Assembly (NCBI GenBank): GCA_964555035.1 | Contig: CAZKRK010000046.1 | Location: forward strand, 1-29,411 | Direction: 5' to 3' | Source: an uncultured Victivallales bacterium | Lineage (GTDB): Bacteria; Verrucomicrobiota; Kiritimatiellia; UBA8416; CAYOBW01 | Length of the DNA: 29,411 nt | In this document: positions 1 through 7,856 of the stretch, in pieces | Numbering within the stretch: position 1 is the first letter of the stretch | Layout: each line of letters starts with the position of its first letter | The notes under the pieces: generated by a model | Told to the model about the DNA's origin: nothing | What the model saw: only the letters and a program-made list of their open reading frames with translations | Database searches by the model: none | Made by a program: the position numbers and the translations under genes

Positions 1-3
1 TCA

Positions 4-24
4 CCTCTCCCCTCGGGGGAGAGG
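4..24. repeat. GC-rich stem-loop at window edge (CCTCTCCCC-TCG-GGGGAGAGG)
   Basis: A perfect 9-bp inverted repeat with a 3-nt loop, read directly. It touches the window edge, so its context is unknown. Confidence 0.5.
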
Positions 25-132
25 TCGGTCCGACGCAGGAGGACCGGGTGAGGGGGGAGGGCGGGAGACGCCCGCTCCGGCGGCCACAAAATCGCTGGGA
101 TCACCGCTCTGCCCATGTTACTCTGAGCGTCC

Positions 133-1581
133 ATGTCAAGCAGGAGACCGCCCATGAACCGTCCCCACTCTCGCCGCGCCTTTATGAAGCTTTCCGGGAT
201 CGGGGCGGCCGCACTGGCGCTGCCGGCCGCGGGCCGCGCACAGTCCGGCAAACGCCCACCGAACTTCGTGATCGTATTCCTAGACGATTCCGGCTGGGGG
301 GACTTCCGCCCGTTCGGCAAGCCGCAATACCCGACGCCCAACGTGGAGGAGCTTGCGCGGGGCGGGTGCCGTTTCAACCACTTCTGCGTACCGCAGGCCG
401 TCTGCTCCGCGTCACGTTCAGCGCTGATGACCGGCTGCTATCCCGGGCGCACCAAGGTGTTCGGCGCACACCCGCCGCGGGCCCGCGGCCTGGATCCGAA
501 ATTCGCCACCCTGGCGGAAGTGCTGAAGCCGAAGGGCTACAAGACCGCGGTCTTCGGCAAGTGGCATCTCGGCGATCAGCCCGACACGCGCCCGCCGGCG
601 CGAGGGTTCGACGAGTCCTGCGGCCTGATGTACTCCAACGACATGTGGAAGTACCATCCCGGCACGCGCCACTTCGACAAGTGGCCGCTCCAGTTCTGGG
701 ACAACGGCAAGATCACGATCGAAGACGTCACTCCCGAGGACCAGAAGAGCCTGACGAAGTGGTCCGCAGAGCACGCGGTGAGTTTCATCGAGCGGCACAA
801 GGACGAGCCGTTTCTCCTCTACGTCCCGCACTCCATGCCGCACGTTCCGCTCTTCTGCAGTGACGAGTTCGACGGCAAGTCGGGCCGGGGGCTGTACGCA
901 GACGTGATGATGGAGATCGACTGGTCCATGGGCGAAATCATGAAGGCGCTGAAGAAGGCCGGCATCGAAGACAATACGGTTGTCATGTTCACGTCCGACA
1001 ACGGCCCGTGGGTGTCTTACGGCAACCACGCCGGCGTTACGCCCTACCGCGAAGCCAAGGCCACCGGATTCGACGGCGGCATCCGTAGCGCCTGCATTGT
1101 CAAGTACCCGCCGCAAATCAAGGCGGGAACCACGTCCGAGCGTATGTTCAGTTCGCTCGACGTGCTGCCCACGTGCGCGGCCCTCGCCGGCGCGGAGCTG
1201 CCGAAAAACGAAGTCGACGGCAAGAACGTCTGGGATCTGATTACGGGCAAACCGGGCGCGTCGAATCCGCACGACTACTATCCCTTCTCAACCGGCGGTA
1301 CGTTTGAAGGCGTCATCGGCGGCGATGGGAAGTGGAAGCTGCACGTGCCCCATCGGTACCGGACGCTGGTGAAACCCGGCAACGACGGCAAGCCGGGCCA
1401 GTATAAGCAGGCGCGTATCGAACTCTCGCTGTTCGACATGGAAAACGACCCATACGAAACGACGAACGTGATCGACAAGCATCCGGAGGTCGCCAAAAAG
1501 CTGCAGGCCTACGCCGATGCACACAAGGCGAGATTCTACCGAAAATCGAAGCCCAAACCGAAAAGGAAAACCACCGGGTAG
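133..1581 (+). CDS. Sulfatase (arylsulfatase A-like, formylglycine-dependent), Tat/Sec-exported
   Basis: The N-terminus has a twin-arginine-like signal (SRRAFMKLSGIGAAALALPAAG). The block NFVIVFLDDSGWGD is followed by the C-x-A-x-R formylglycine motif (CSASRSALMTG). GKWHLG, the TSDNGP block and a complete sulfatase C-terminal segment (ELSLFDMENDPYETTN) are all present. An alternative start is the Met at 154. Confidence 0.9.
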   Translation: MSSRRPPMNRPHSRRAFMKLSGIGAAALALPAAGRAQSGKRPPNFVIVFLDDSGWGDFRPFGKPQYPTPNVEELARGGCRFNHFCVPQAVCSASRSALMTGCYPGRTKVFGAHPPRARGLDPKFATLAEVLKPKGYKTAVFGKWHLGDQPDTRPPARGFDESCGLMYSNDMWKYHPGTRHFDKWPLQFWDNGKITIEDVTPEDQKSLTKWSAEHAVSFIERHKDEPFLLYVPHSMPHVPLFCSDEFDGKSGRGLYADVMMEIDWSMGEIMKALKKAGIEDNTVVMFTSDNGPWVSYGNHAGVTPYREAKATGFDGGIRSACIVKYPPQIKAGTTSERMFSSLDVLPTCAALAGAELPKNEVDGKNVWDLITGKPGASNPHDYYPFSTGGTFEGVIGGDGKWKLHVPHRYRTLVKPGNDGKPGQYKQARIELSLFDMENDPYETTNVIDKHPEVAKKLQAYADAHKARFYRKSKPKPKRKTTG

Positions 1582-1857
1582 CCCCCGTTCTGGCACTTCC
1601 CCAACACCTACGATCAACCGCCCTACAGCTCGGTGCGCAAAGGCGACTGGAAACTGATCTACCAGCACGTCACCCGGAAACTGGAGCTGTACAACCTTCG
1701 CGAGGATATCGGCGAGAAGAACAACCGTGCGCAGAGCAACCCGGCGAAGTTGAAGGAGTTGGCGGGCGCGCTGAGCGAACACCTGCGGGCATGCGGCGCC
1801 CCCATGTCGATCGACAAGGCTACAGGGAAGCGCATCGAGTACCCGTCGGAACTCTCA
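1582..1857 (+). pseudogene. 3' remnant (about 90 codons) of a second sulfatase gene
   Basis: The translation directly after the upstream TAG reads PPFWHFPNTYDQPPYSSVRKGDWKLIYQ...LELYNLREDIGEKNN...LKELAGALSEHL. This is the typical last ~90 residues of a sulfatase, with no N-terminal catalytic domain and no plausible start. Confidence 0.75.
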
Positions 1858-1985
1858 GTGGGCCGGATTTGTAATCCGGCCGAGAGATAGTCGAGGATGT
1901 TATCGAGAATGAACGGACCAAGGTCAGGCCATTCTCCCGGCATGCTCCACATTCTCTCGGCCGGATTACAAATCCGGCCCACTGA
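1856..1985. repeat. Double-hairpin palindromic element (33-nt perfect inverted arms, 64-nt spacer)
   Basis: The left arm 1856-1888 (tcagtgggccggatttgtaatccggccgagaga) is the exact reverse complement of 1953-1985. Each arm contains its own hairpin, GGCCGGATT-TGT-AATCCGGCC. The element sits between convergent genes. Confidence 0.85.
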
Positions 1986-2032
1986 AGACGCACATGATTT
2001 GGGCGGTATCCGTCATTCCGCCGCGCTCCCGG

Positions 2033-2669
2033 TCACCGCTTCTTCTTGCGCGGCTTGCGTTGGCGCAACGGCGTGTTGTCCTCCGGCACCTTGAGCTCTT
2101 TGCGCAACCGGTGCAGCTCCGCCAGCAGCTCCTTCCGGACGGAGGCGTATTCGGGTTTGCCGTAGACGCTGTTGAGCTCGTTCGGGTCTTTCTCAAGGTC
2201 GAACAGCTCCCACTCCTTCAGTTGGTAGTAGTGGATCAGTTTGTGGTTGCCGGTGGTGACGCCGTAGTGCCGCGCCACGCTGTGGGCGCCCGGGAACTCG
2301 TAGTAGTGGTAATAGAACGACTTTCGCCAGTCCTCCGGCGTCCGTCCCTTGAAGAGCGGCACGAGGCTGCGTCCCTGCATGTCGGCCGGGACAGGCACAC
2401 CCGCCAGGTCGAGAAACGTCTCGGCTTGGCCCGCAGATGGAGTTGGTGACGTGACAGCGCGTGAACTTCATGCCGCCCTTGGCGATGCGGTCCATGTTGG
2501 GCGTCGTCATGCGCGTGGGGTCGTACGCGCTCAACGCCTGCTCGCAGTGGTCATCGGTGAAGATGAAGATGATGTTGGGTCGCTTGTCCTTGCCGACGGC
2601 GCGCGCCACGCCGCTAGCCAGTCCTGCCGTTCCCACCATCGCTGTCTTCATGAAATCACGTCGGTTCAT
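2033..2669 (-). pseudogene. Sulfatase gene with a large internal out-of-frame deletion
   Basis: ORF 2193-2669 encodes the Tat signal ([13 protein letters not shown]), [10 protein letters not shown] and the CGPSR active-site motif, then loses homology. The frame of ORF 2033-2398 continues from about nt 2420 as [26 protein letters not shown]...[16 protein letters not shown], which is a sulfatase C-terminus. Roughly 270 central residues are missing and the two halves are in different frames. Confidence 0.8.
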
Positions 2670-2685
2670 GATATGTTCCCTTTCC

Positions 2686-2774
2686 GTAGAACCGTTCTCC
2701 AGGACGGTTCCAATCCGCGCGCGTTTGCAGTACCCCCTCAGGCTCTGCCGAACCGTCCTGGAGAACGGTTCTAC
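2686..2774. repeat. 25-nt perfect inverted repeat pair with nested hairpins
   Basis: 2686-2710 (gtagaaccgttctccaggacggttc) is the exact reverse complement of 2750-2774. Each arm is itself a hairpin (GAACCGT-N8-ACGGTTC). It lies between the tolC-like stop and the sulfatase pseudogene start. Confidence 0.85.
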
Positions 2775-2782
2775 AAGACAGC

Positions 2783-4111
2783 CTACCGCCCAACCGCGAA
2801 TTCGTACTCGCTCAACAGTTCCATGTACGTGGTCTGCAGGTTGATGAGCCTGATGCGGCTGTTTTCGAGGTCGTTCTGACTGCGGACGTATTCGAGGATG
2901 TCGATTTCGCCGTTGTCCCAGCGGTCGGCGTAGAGCTCGGCGCGCAGCTCGGAGACCTCGATTTTATCCTGCTGGATCCGGACAAGCTGCAGGGTCTCCT
3001 TGATGCGGCGGGCAAGTTCGCGGATGGACTTGATCCTGGATTGCTTAAGATCGTCGATAGCGATTTCGTCCGAGGCAATTTCGGTTGCGACTTTTCTGCT
3101 CTTGAGCCGCTCGGTCATGCTGCCCGGCTCCCACGAGAACGCCAACCCGACGGCGGTTTCGGTGTCGCCGTCCAGACCGAAGCCGTCCTCGCTGTCGCGG
3201 CCGGTCGTGGCCGAGAGCGTCACCTTCGGCCAACGGCGGGCGCGCTGCACGGGCAGTTCGTTTTCGCGTTGCTTCTTCTCGAGCTGCGCGTTGAGGATGT
3301 CCTCGTGGTTGGTTACTGCGAAAGCGGTATCCGCCCCGACATCGAGCTTGTGTTCGGCGAATTCGAAAGAGGCGTCGATTTCGATGTCCCGCGCGACATC
3401 CATGCCGATCAGTAGCTTCAGCTCGTCGAGCGCCGACTGTATCTGGCGCCTGGCCCGCAGGACCCCGGCTTCGGACTCGGGCACCTCGATCTTGGCCGTG
3501 GCGATGTCGAGGGGCCGTTCTCTCTCCAGGGCGTGCTCGAGGTTCTTACGTGAGCGCGCCAGCTTGAGCTCGTTGATGCGCAGGGTCTGGTGGTTGCGAA
3601 TCAGGCCGTAGTAGTCCTGCTTTACGCGGTAGACCAGCTCGCGTTCGTACTTGCGGACCTTGTTGCGTTCGATAAGCTCGCCGAGAATGCTGTTGTCGAT
3701 CTCCAGCATGGATTCCCGCCACGAGCCGCCGCCGACGATGACCTTCGAGAGCTTGAGGGAGAGGTTGGCGCTTTCCGTCTCGTCATCGCCGCTGTCTTCG
3801 CGCGTGGCCTTGCCCGTAGCCGAGGCCGTGATGCCGGCGGGAAGCTCCTGCTTGACCGTGGCGGATGCGCCGAGCTCGTCTTCATCGATGCCGCGGTCGG
3901 CGGATCCGCTGAGCGTCGGCCGGAACTTGCCGCGACGGATGTGCGTTGTCAGTTCCTGTCCGTCGAGAGCCAGCCGCCGCTTGGCCAACTCGCGCGAATG
4001 GCTCACCGCGTAGTCGGTGCAATCCTCGAGGGTCATGGCGTCCCGCGCCGAAACCGGCGCAAGCGAAACCAGCAGGGTCAGGATTGCGGCTGTGACCGGT
4101 CGCTTACTCAT
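2783..4111 (-). CDS. TolC-family outer membrane efflux protein
   Basis: It has a signal peptide ([22 protein letters not shown]) and then the LTLEDC...A..HS.EL start typical of the OEP family. The rest is two long coiled-coil-like repeat halves. Its start overlaps the macB-like stop in ATGAGTAA (4104-4111). Confidence 0.85.
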   Translation of the reverse strand: MSKRPVTAAILTLLVSLAPVSARDAMTLEDCTDYAVSHSRELAKRRLALDGQELTTHIRRGKFRPTLSGSADRGIDEDELGASATVKQELPAGITASATGKATREDSGDDETESANLSLKLSKVIVGGGSWRESMLEIDNSILGELIERNKVRKYERELVYRVKQDYYGLIRNHQTLRINELKLARSRKNLEHALERERPLDIATAKIEVPESEAGVLRARRQIQSALDELKLLIGMDVARDIEIDASFEFAEHKLDVGADTAFAVTNHEDILNAQLEKKQRENELPVQRARRWPKVTLSATTGRDSEDGFGLDGDTETAVGLAFSWEPGSMTERLKSRKVATEIASDEIAIDDLKQSRIKSIRELARRIKETLQLVRIQQDKIEVSELRAELYADRWDNGEIDILEYVRSQNDLENSRIRLINLQTTYMELLSEYEFAVGR

Positions 4112-6113
4112 ATCTCAACGCCTCAACGGGGTTCTCGGCGGCGGCCTGGGCCGCGGGGTAGATGCCAAACAGCAGGCCGGTCGCCGTCGATGCCAGAACC
4201 GAAAGCAGAACCATTGTCGGTGAGATCACGATCGGCAAGTCGAAAAACGTGCAGGTCGCGGCCACCACGGCGAAGGCGAGCAGGATTCCCGCAAACCCGC
4301 CGGTCACGGCGATGACCACGGACTCGGACAAAAACTGGTAGAGTATGTCCTGTCGCGTGCCGCCCACGGCGCGGCGGATGCCGATCTCCCGTGTGCGTTC
4401 CGTTACGGACGCCAACATGATGTTCATGATGCCGATGCCGCCGACCACGAGTGCGATGGAGGAAATGCATATCGTCAGAATGTCGAGCAACCGCTGCGAC
4501 TGCTGCTTCTGCTTCAAGAGATCGAGGGGCACCACAAGCTGAAAATCCTCCTGCCCGGCGTGAGTGGCATGCAGCAGCCGCCGGATGGCGACGCCGGCTT
4601 CGCGCAGGATGTCCTCGTCCTCCAGTTGGAGGTGGATTTCATCGATCTCGCTGCGCATATCGAGATGTCGCGTACGCGTGAGAATCGTGCGCAGGGGTAT
4701 GAGCAGATCGTAGTTCGCGTCGCTCACCCCCGTGGCTTCCAGTCCGGCGGTGTCGACCTGCCGGTTGGCCAGAACGCCGACAACGAGATACGGGTTGCCC
4801 CCGAGCAGAATCTGCCTGCCGATGATGCCGTCACGTCCCAGGCGTTCGGCAATGGCATGGCCCAACACGGCCACGCGCGCGCTGCGGGCCTGGTCGTCAG
4901 CGTCCGCGAAGCGGCCCTCTGCCAGCGACAGGTTGTTGACCGTCAGGTAGTCGCCGAAGACCCCGACGATTCGCGGTGACACCGGGCGCGCACTTTCGGT
5001 CACGAGGTTCAGCTTCACCTCCCGTGACGCCGCGGCCTTCTCTACCCCGGGGACACGCTCGACGATCTGCTCCATGTCCAGGAGGGAGAGCCCCTTCGAT
5101 CCGGCGATGCGGGTCTGCGACAGCTTCTCGCCTTCGAGGCGGCTGTCGGTTACGCGCACCAGGTTGGCCCCCAGAGCGCGGATCTGGTCGGCCTGCTTTT
5201 GCTTGCTGCCGAGCGAGAAGGATGACATGGCGATGACGCCCGCCACGGCGATGACGATGCCCAGCATCGTCAACGCCGTGCGCATCTTGTGGGCGAGAAG
5301 ACCTTCGCGAATACCGATGCGCAGCAGGTCCGCGAAGTGGATACCCCGGCGGCGCACCCGTTCTCCGGTCGCACGCGTCGCCTTGTGGCTGACCTTGCGC
5401 TTGCCGGGCACGTCTTCCACGACCAGCCCGTCGCGCATCACGATCTTCCGTGTTCCCGCATCGGCGAACTTGGCGTCGTGCGTCACCATGACGATCGTGT
5501 AGCCCTTGGCGTGGAGGTCGTAGAGCACGTCCAGGATCTCCTTGCCTGTGCGCGAGTCGAGGTTTCCGGTCGGTTCGTCGGCGAGGATGATGTCCGGCTC
5601 GTTCACGAGTGCACGGGCAATGGCCACGCGTTGGGCCTGTCCGCCGGAGAGCTCGCCCGGGCGGTGTTCGAGACGGTGTCCCAGTCCGAGCCGGTCAGCG
5701 TACTCGCAAGCGCGTTCGAGACGCGTGCGGCGGTTGATCCCGCTGTACACTTCAGCCAGGGCGACGTTCTCTTCTACCGTCAGGCCGCCGAGCAGGTTGA
5801 ATTGCTGAAAAACGAATCCCACGCGCTGGTTGCGTACCTGCGACAAACGTCCGTCCTCCAGCGCGGACACATCCTCACCGTCGAGAAGATACTCGCCCGA
5901 GCTGGGCACATCGAGACAACCCAGGATATGCATCAGCGTTGACTTGCCCGACCCGGAGCTGCCCATGATGACGACGAACTCGCCGCGGCGTATGTCGAGG
6001 TCGACCCCGTCGAGAGCCCGCACGACGTGCTCGCCCATGGTGTAGTGCCGCCGAATGCCGCGCAGCCGCATCAGCGGCGCGGCGGCGGAATCGGATGATG
6101 GAGGCGTGGGCAT
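4104..6113 (-). CDS. macB: MacB-type ABC transporter (fused N-terminal ATPase and C-terminal FtsX-like permease)
   Basis: Walker A is [10 protein letters not shown], the ABC signature is [15 protein letters not shown] and Walker B is [11 protein letters not shown]. These are followed by TM1, a large periplasmic domain and a C-terminal three-TM FtsX-type bundle. An alternative start is the Met at 6071. Confidence 0.85.
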   Translation of the reverse strand: MPTPPSSDSAAAPLMRLRGIRRHYTMGEHVVRALDGVDLDIRRGEFVVIMGSSGSGKSTLMHILGCLDVPSSGEYLLDGEDVSALEDGRLSQVRNQRVGFVFQQFNLLGGLTVEENVALAEVYSGINRRTRLERACEYADRLGLGHRLEHRPGELSGGQAQRVAIARALVNEPDIILADEPTGNLDSRTGKEILDVLYDLHAKGYTIVMVTHDAKFADAGTRKIVMRDGLVVEDVPGKRKVSHKATRATGERVRRRGIHFADLLRIGIREGLLAHKMRTALTMLGIVIAVAGVIAMSSFSLGSKQKQADQIRALGANLVRVTDSRLEGEKLSQTRIAGSKGLSLLDMEQIVERVPGVEKAAASREVKLNLVTESARPVSPRIVGVFGDYLTVNNLSLAEGRFADADDQARSARVAVLGHAIAERLGRDGIIGRQILLGGNPYLVVGVLANRQVDTAGLEATGVSDANYDLLIPLRTILTRTRHLDMRSEIDEIHLQLEDEDILREAGVAIRRLLHATHAGQEDFQLVVPLDLLKQKQQSQRLLDILTICISSIALVVGGIGIMNIMLASVTERTREIGIRRAVGGTRQDILYQFLSESVVIAVTGGFAGILLAFAVVAATCTFFDLPIVISPTMVLLSVLASTATGLLFGIYPAAQAAAENPVEALRYE

Positions 6114-6191
6114 GGGGCCTGCAGGAGGTGGGTGGGGCCAAAACCGATCTGACAGATCGGTCGGATCCGTCGGATCGGCCGGGCCAAATGG

Positions 6192-6228
6192 GCGCAGGTG
6201 CGGGACGCGACGCGTCCCGCATCTGCGC
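6192..6228 (-). terminator. 37-bp near-perfect GC-rich palindrome between the oxidoreductase stop and the macB start (terminator or protein-binding site candidate)
   Basis: gcgcaggtgcgggacgcg-a-cgcgtcccgcatctgcgc has 18-nt arms with one G/T position. No U-tract follows it on the minus strand. Confidence 0.4.
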
Positions 6229-6239
6229 AGATGGTCGGT

Positions 6240-7589
6240 CTAGCCGTTGAGCGGCCAGCCCTCGCGGTACTTGCGCTTGAAGCAAAGATCCTTCTCCGCT
6301 TCGGGCAAGTTCGTGATACGACCGGTCTTGGGATTGTACTCGATCTTCTTGCCCATGCGGTAGGCCACGAGGCCGAGCATGATGGACTCGAGCATCTTGC
6401 CGGAGTAGTCGAAGTCGCAGGATGTCTTGAGGTCGCCCTTGCAGGCTTTGACCCACTCGCCCTGGAAGTGACCCAGGTTCGGGATCATCTTCTCCTTCTC
6501 ACGCCGGTTGTAGTAGCTCATGTCCGCACTGTCGCCGAACGGAATAAGGAGACGGGACCTGAAATCGCAGATCAGGAAGCCCTTGTCGCCCTTGTACATC
6601 GCGCCGTGGCCGATCTTGTTGACGTCGACCCAGGATCTCGGCGACTTCGGCATCGCGCCACCCTGGTACCAGCTCATACCGATCTCCGGCCGCCAGTCGT
6701 TGGCGGGAAGCTTGCAGTGGACCTCGAGCTTGACCGGTGAAACTTCCGGATTGAACTTCTCGCCCTTGGCGGTGGCCTCGGTTGCGACGTCGGCATCCAG
6801 CGGGTTGAAGCAAAGATCCAGCGTGTGGCTGCCCATATCGCCGATCTGCCCTGTGCCGAAGTCCCAGTACATGTTCCACTTCAGGCAGTTTGCGCCGGGG
6901 CCGCCCGAGAAGTACTCCGGGTGGTAGGGATGGTACGGCGCCGGTCCGAGCCACAGGTCGTAATGCAGGTGGGGAGGCGGCTCGCCCTTGGCCGGATGAT
7001 AGCCGGGCTTCGGAATCTTGCGGTTGCCCCAGGCGTAGGCATGCTTCAGCTCGCCGATGGCTCCGTCCACGATCAGCTCACGGACGCGGTTGAAGTTGGG
7101 GCCGGCGTGGCGCTGCGTGCCGATCTGCGTCGCGAGCTTGTCCTTTTTCTCGTTATAGAGCTCGCGGACCGCGCGACACTCTTCAACGCTGATACCGATC
7201 GGCTTCTCCATGTAGACGTGGAGGTCGCGATTCAGCGCCCATGCGGAAATGTGCGCATGCGTGTGGTCGGGCGTGCAGCAGAGGATCGCATCGAGATTGA
7301 GACTCTTGTCGTCAAGCAGCTTGCGCCAGTCGATATACGTCTTTGCCTTGGGGAACTTCTTGTGCGCCGAGGCGAGGTGGTTCTCGTTAATGTCGCACAG
7401 CGCCACGACATTCTCGCTCTTGATCGAGCCTTGGTGTGCCAGGCCGCGACCCCAGACGCCGATCAGCCCGACGTTGAGCTTGTTGCTGGGAGCGTTCTGC
7501 CCGAACACCGAGATGCTCGGCAGAATGAGAGCCCCGGCTCCCGTGACAGTTGACCGCTGCAGGAATTGACGTCGGTTCATGGTGTGCAC
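6240..7589 (-). CDS. Gfo/Idh/MocA-family oxidoreductase with twin-arginine signal
   Basis: A Tat motif (MNRRQFLQRS) is followed by a Rossmann N-terminus (LNVGLIGVWGRGLAH...ALCDIN) and the MEKP motif (VYMEKPIG). The codon at 7589 is GTG, and the ATG at 7580 (MNRRQF) is the likelier start. Confidence 0.9.
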   Translation of the reverse strand: MHTMNRRQFLQRSTVTGAGALILPSISVFGQNAPSNKLNVGLIGVWGRGLAHQGSIKSENVVALCDINENHLASAHKKFPKAKTYIDWRKLLDDKSLNLDAILCCTPDHTHAHISAWALNRDLHVYMEKPIGISVEECRAVRELYNEKKDKLATQIGTQRHAGPNFNRVRELIVDGAIGELKHAYAWGNRKIPKPGYHPAKGEPPPHLHYDLWLGPAPYHPYHPEYFSGGPGANCLKWNMYWDFGTGQIGDMGSHTLDLCFNPLDADVATEATAKGEKFNPEVSPVKLEVHCKLPANDWRPEIGMSWYQGGAMPKSPRSWVDVNKIGHGAMYKGDKGFLICDFRSRLLIPFGDSADMSYYNRREKEKMIPNLGHFQGEWVKACKGDLKTSCDFDYSGKMLESIMLGLVAYRMGKKIEYNPKTGRITNLPEAEKDLCFKRKYREGWPLNG

Positions 7590-7856
7590 TCCTTGTAGGT
7601 TACTGGGGTTCCTGGTCCCTCCCGGACAAGAAATCGGATACTAACGAAAAGGAGCCGAACAAATCAAGCACCGGTTCGCTGAGTCCGCGGCCGCGGGCGC
7701 ATCTCGATCTGCTGCACTTGCCGAGTGGCCCCCACCGGGATAAGCCCGGCGGGGGGGCCTCGGCAAATGCAACAAATCGGCGCCATTGTCAATCCGCCCC
7801 GTTTGTGCCATTTTTCGAGCATTGTGAAGACCTCCACCGAGAACATTGCGGCCGGG

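Noticed and set aside
418-1272. Long antisense or alternative-frame ORFs inside confident genes. Examples are 418-1272(-), 8811-9647(-), 11157-11939(-), 11958-12863(-), 14398-16212(+), 13316-14464(-), 17791-19011(-), 21611-22717(-), 24436-25221(+), 26145-26855(+) and 27052-28419(+).
   Set aside because: Their translations are Arg/Ala/Gly/Pro-rich with no recognisable motifs. They overlap ORFs with strong family signatures. Such shadow ORFs are expected in high-GC DNA because stop codons are rare.
1579-1857. Possible programmed readthrough of the TAG at 1579-1581, which would extend the intact sulfatase into the in-frame downstream fragment.
   Set aside because: The upstream protein already has a complete sulfatase C-terminal subdomain, and the appended segment would duplicate it. 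A deletion remnant is the simpler explanation.
7590-7856. The 44-codon N-terminal extension of the giant helicase ORF (start at 7725), and a sigma54-like TGTGCC...GAGCA string at about 7805-7830.
   Set aside because: The extension has no homology-like features and would push the DxE exonuclease motif unusually far from the N-terminus. The sigma54 resemblance lacks the GG/GC dinucleotides at the correct spacing.
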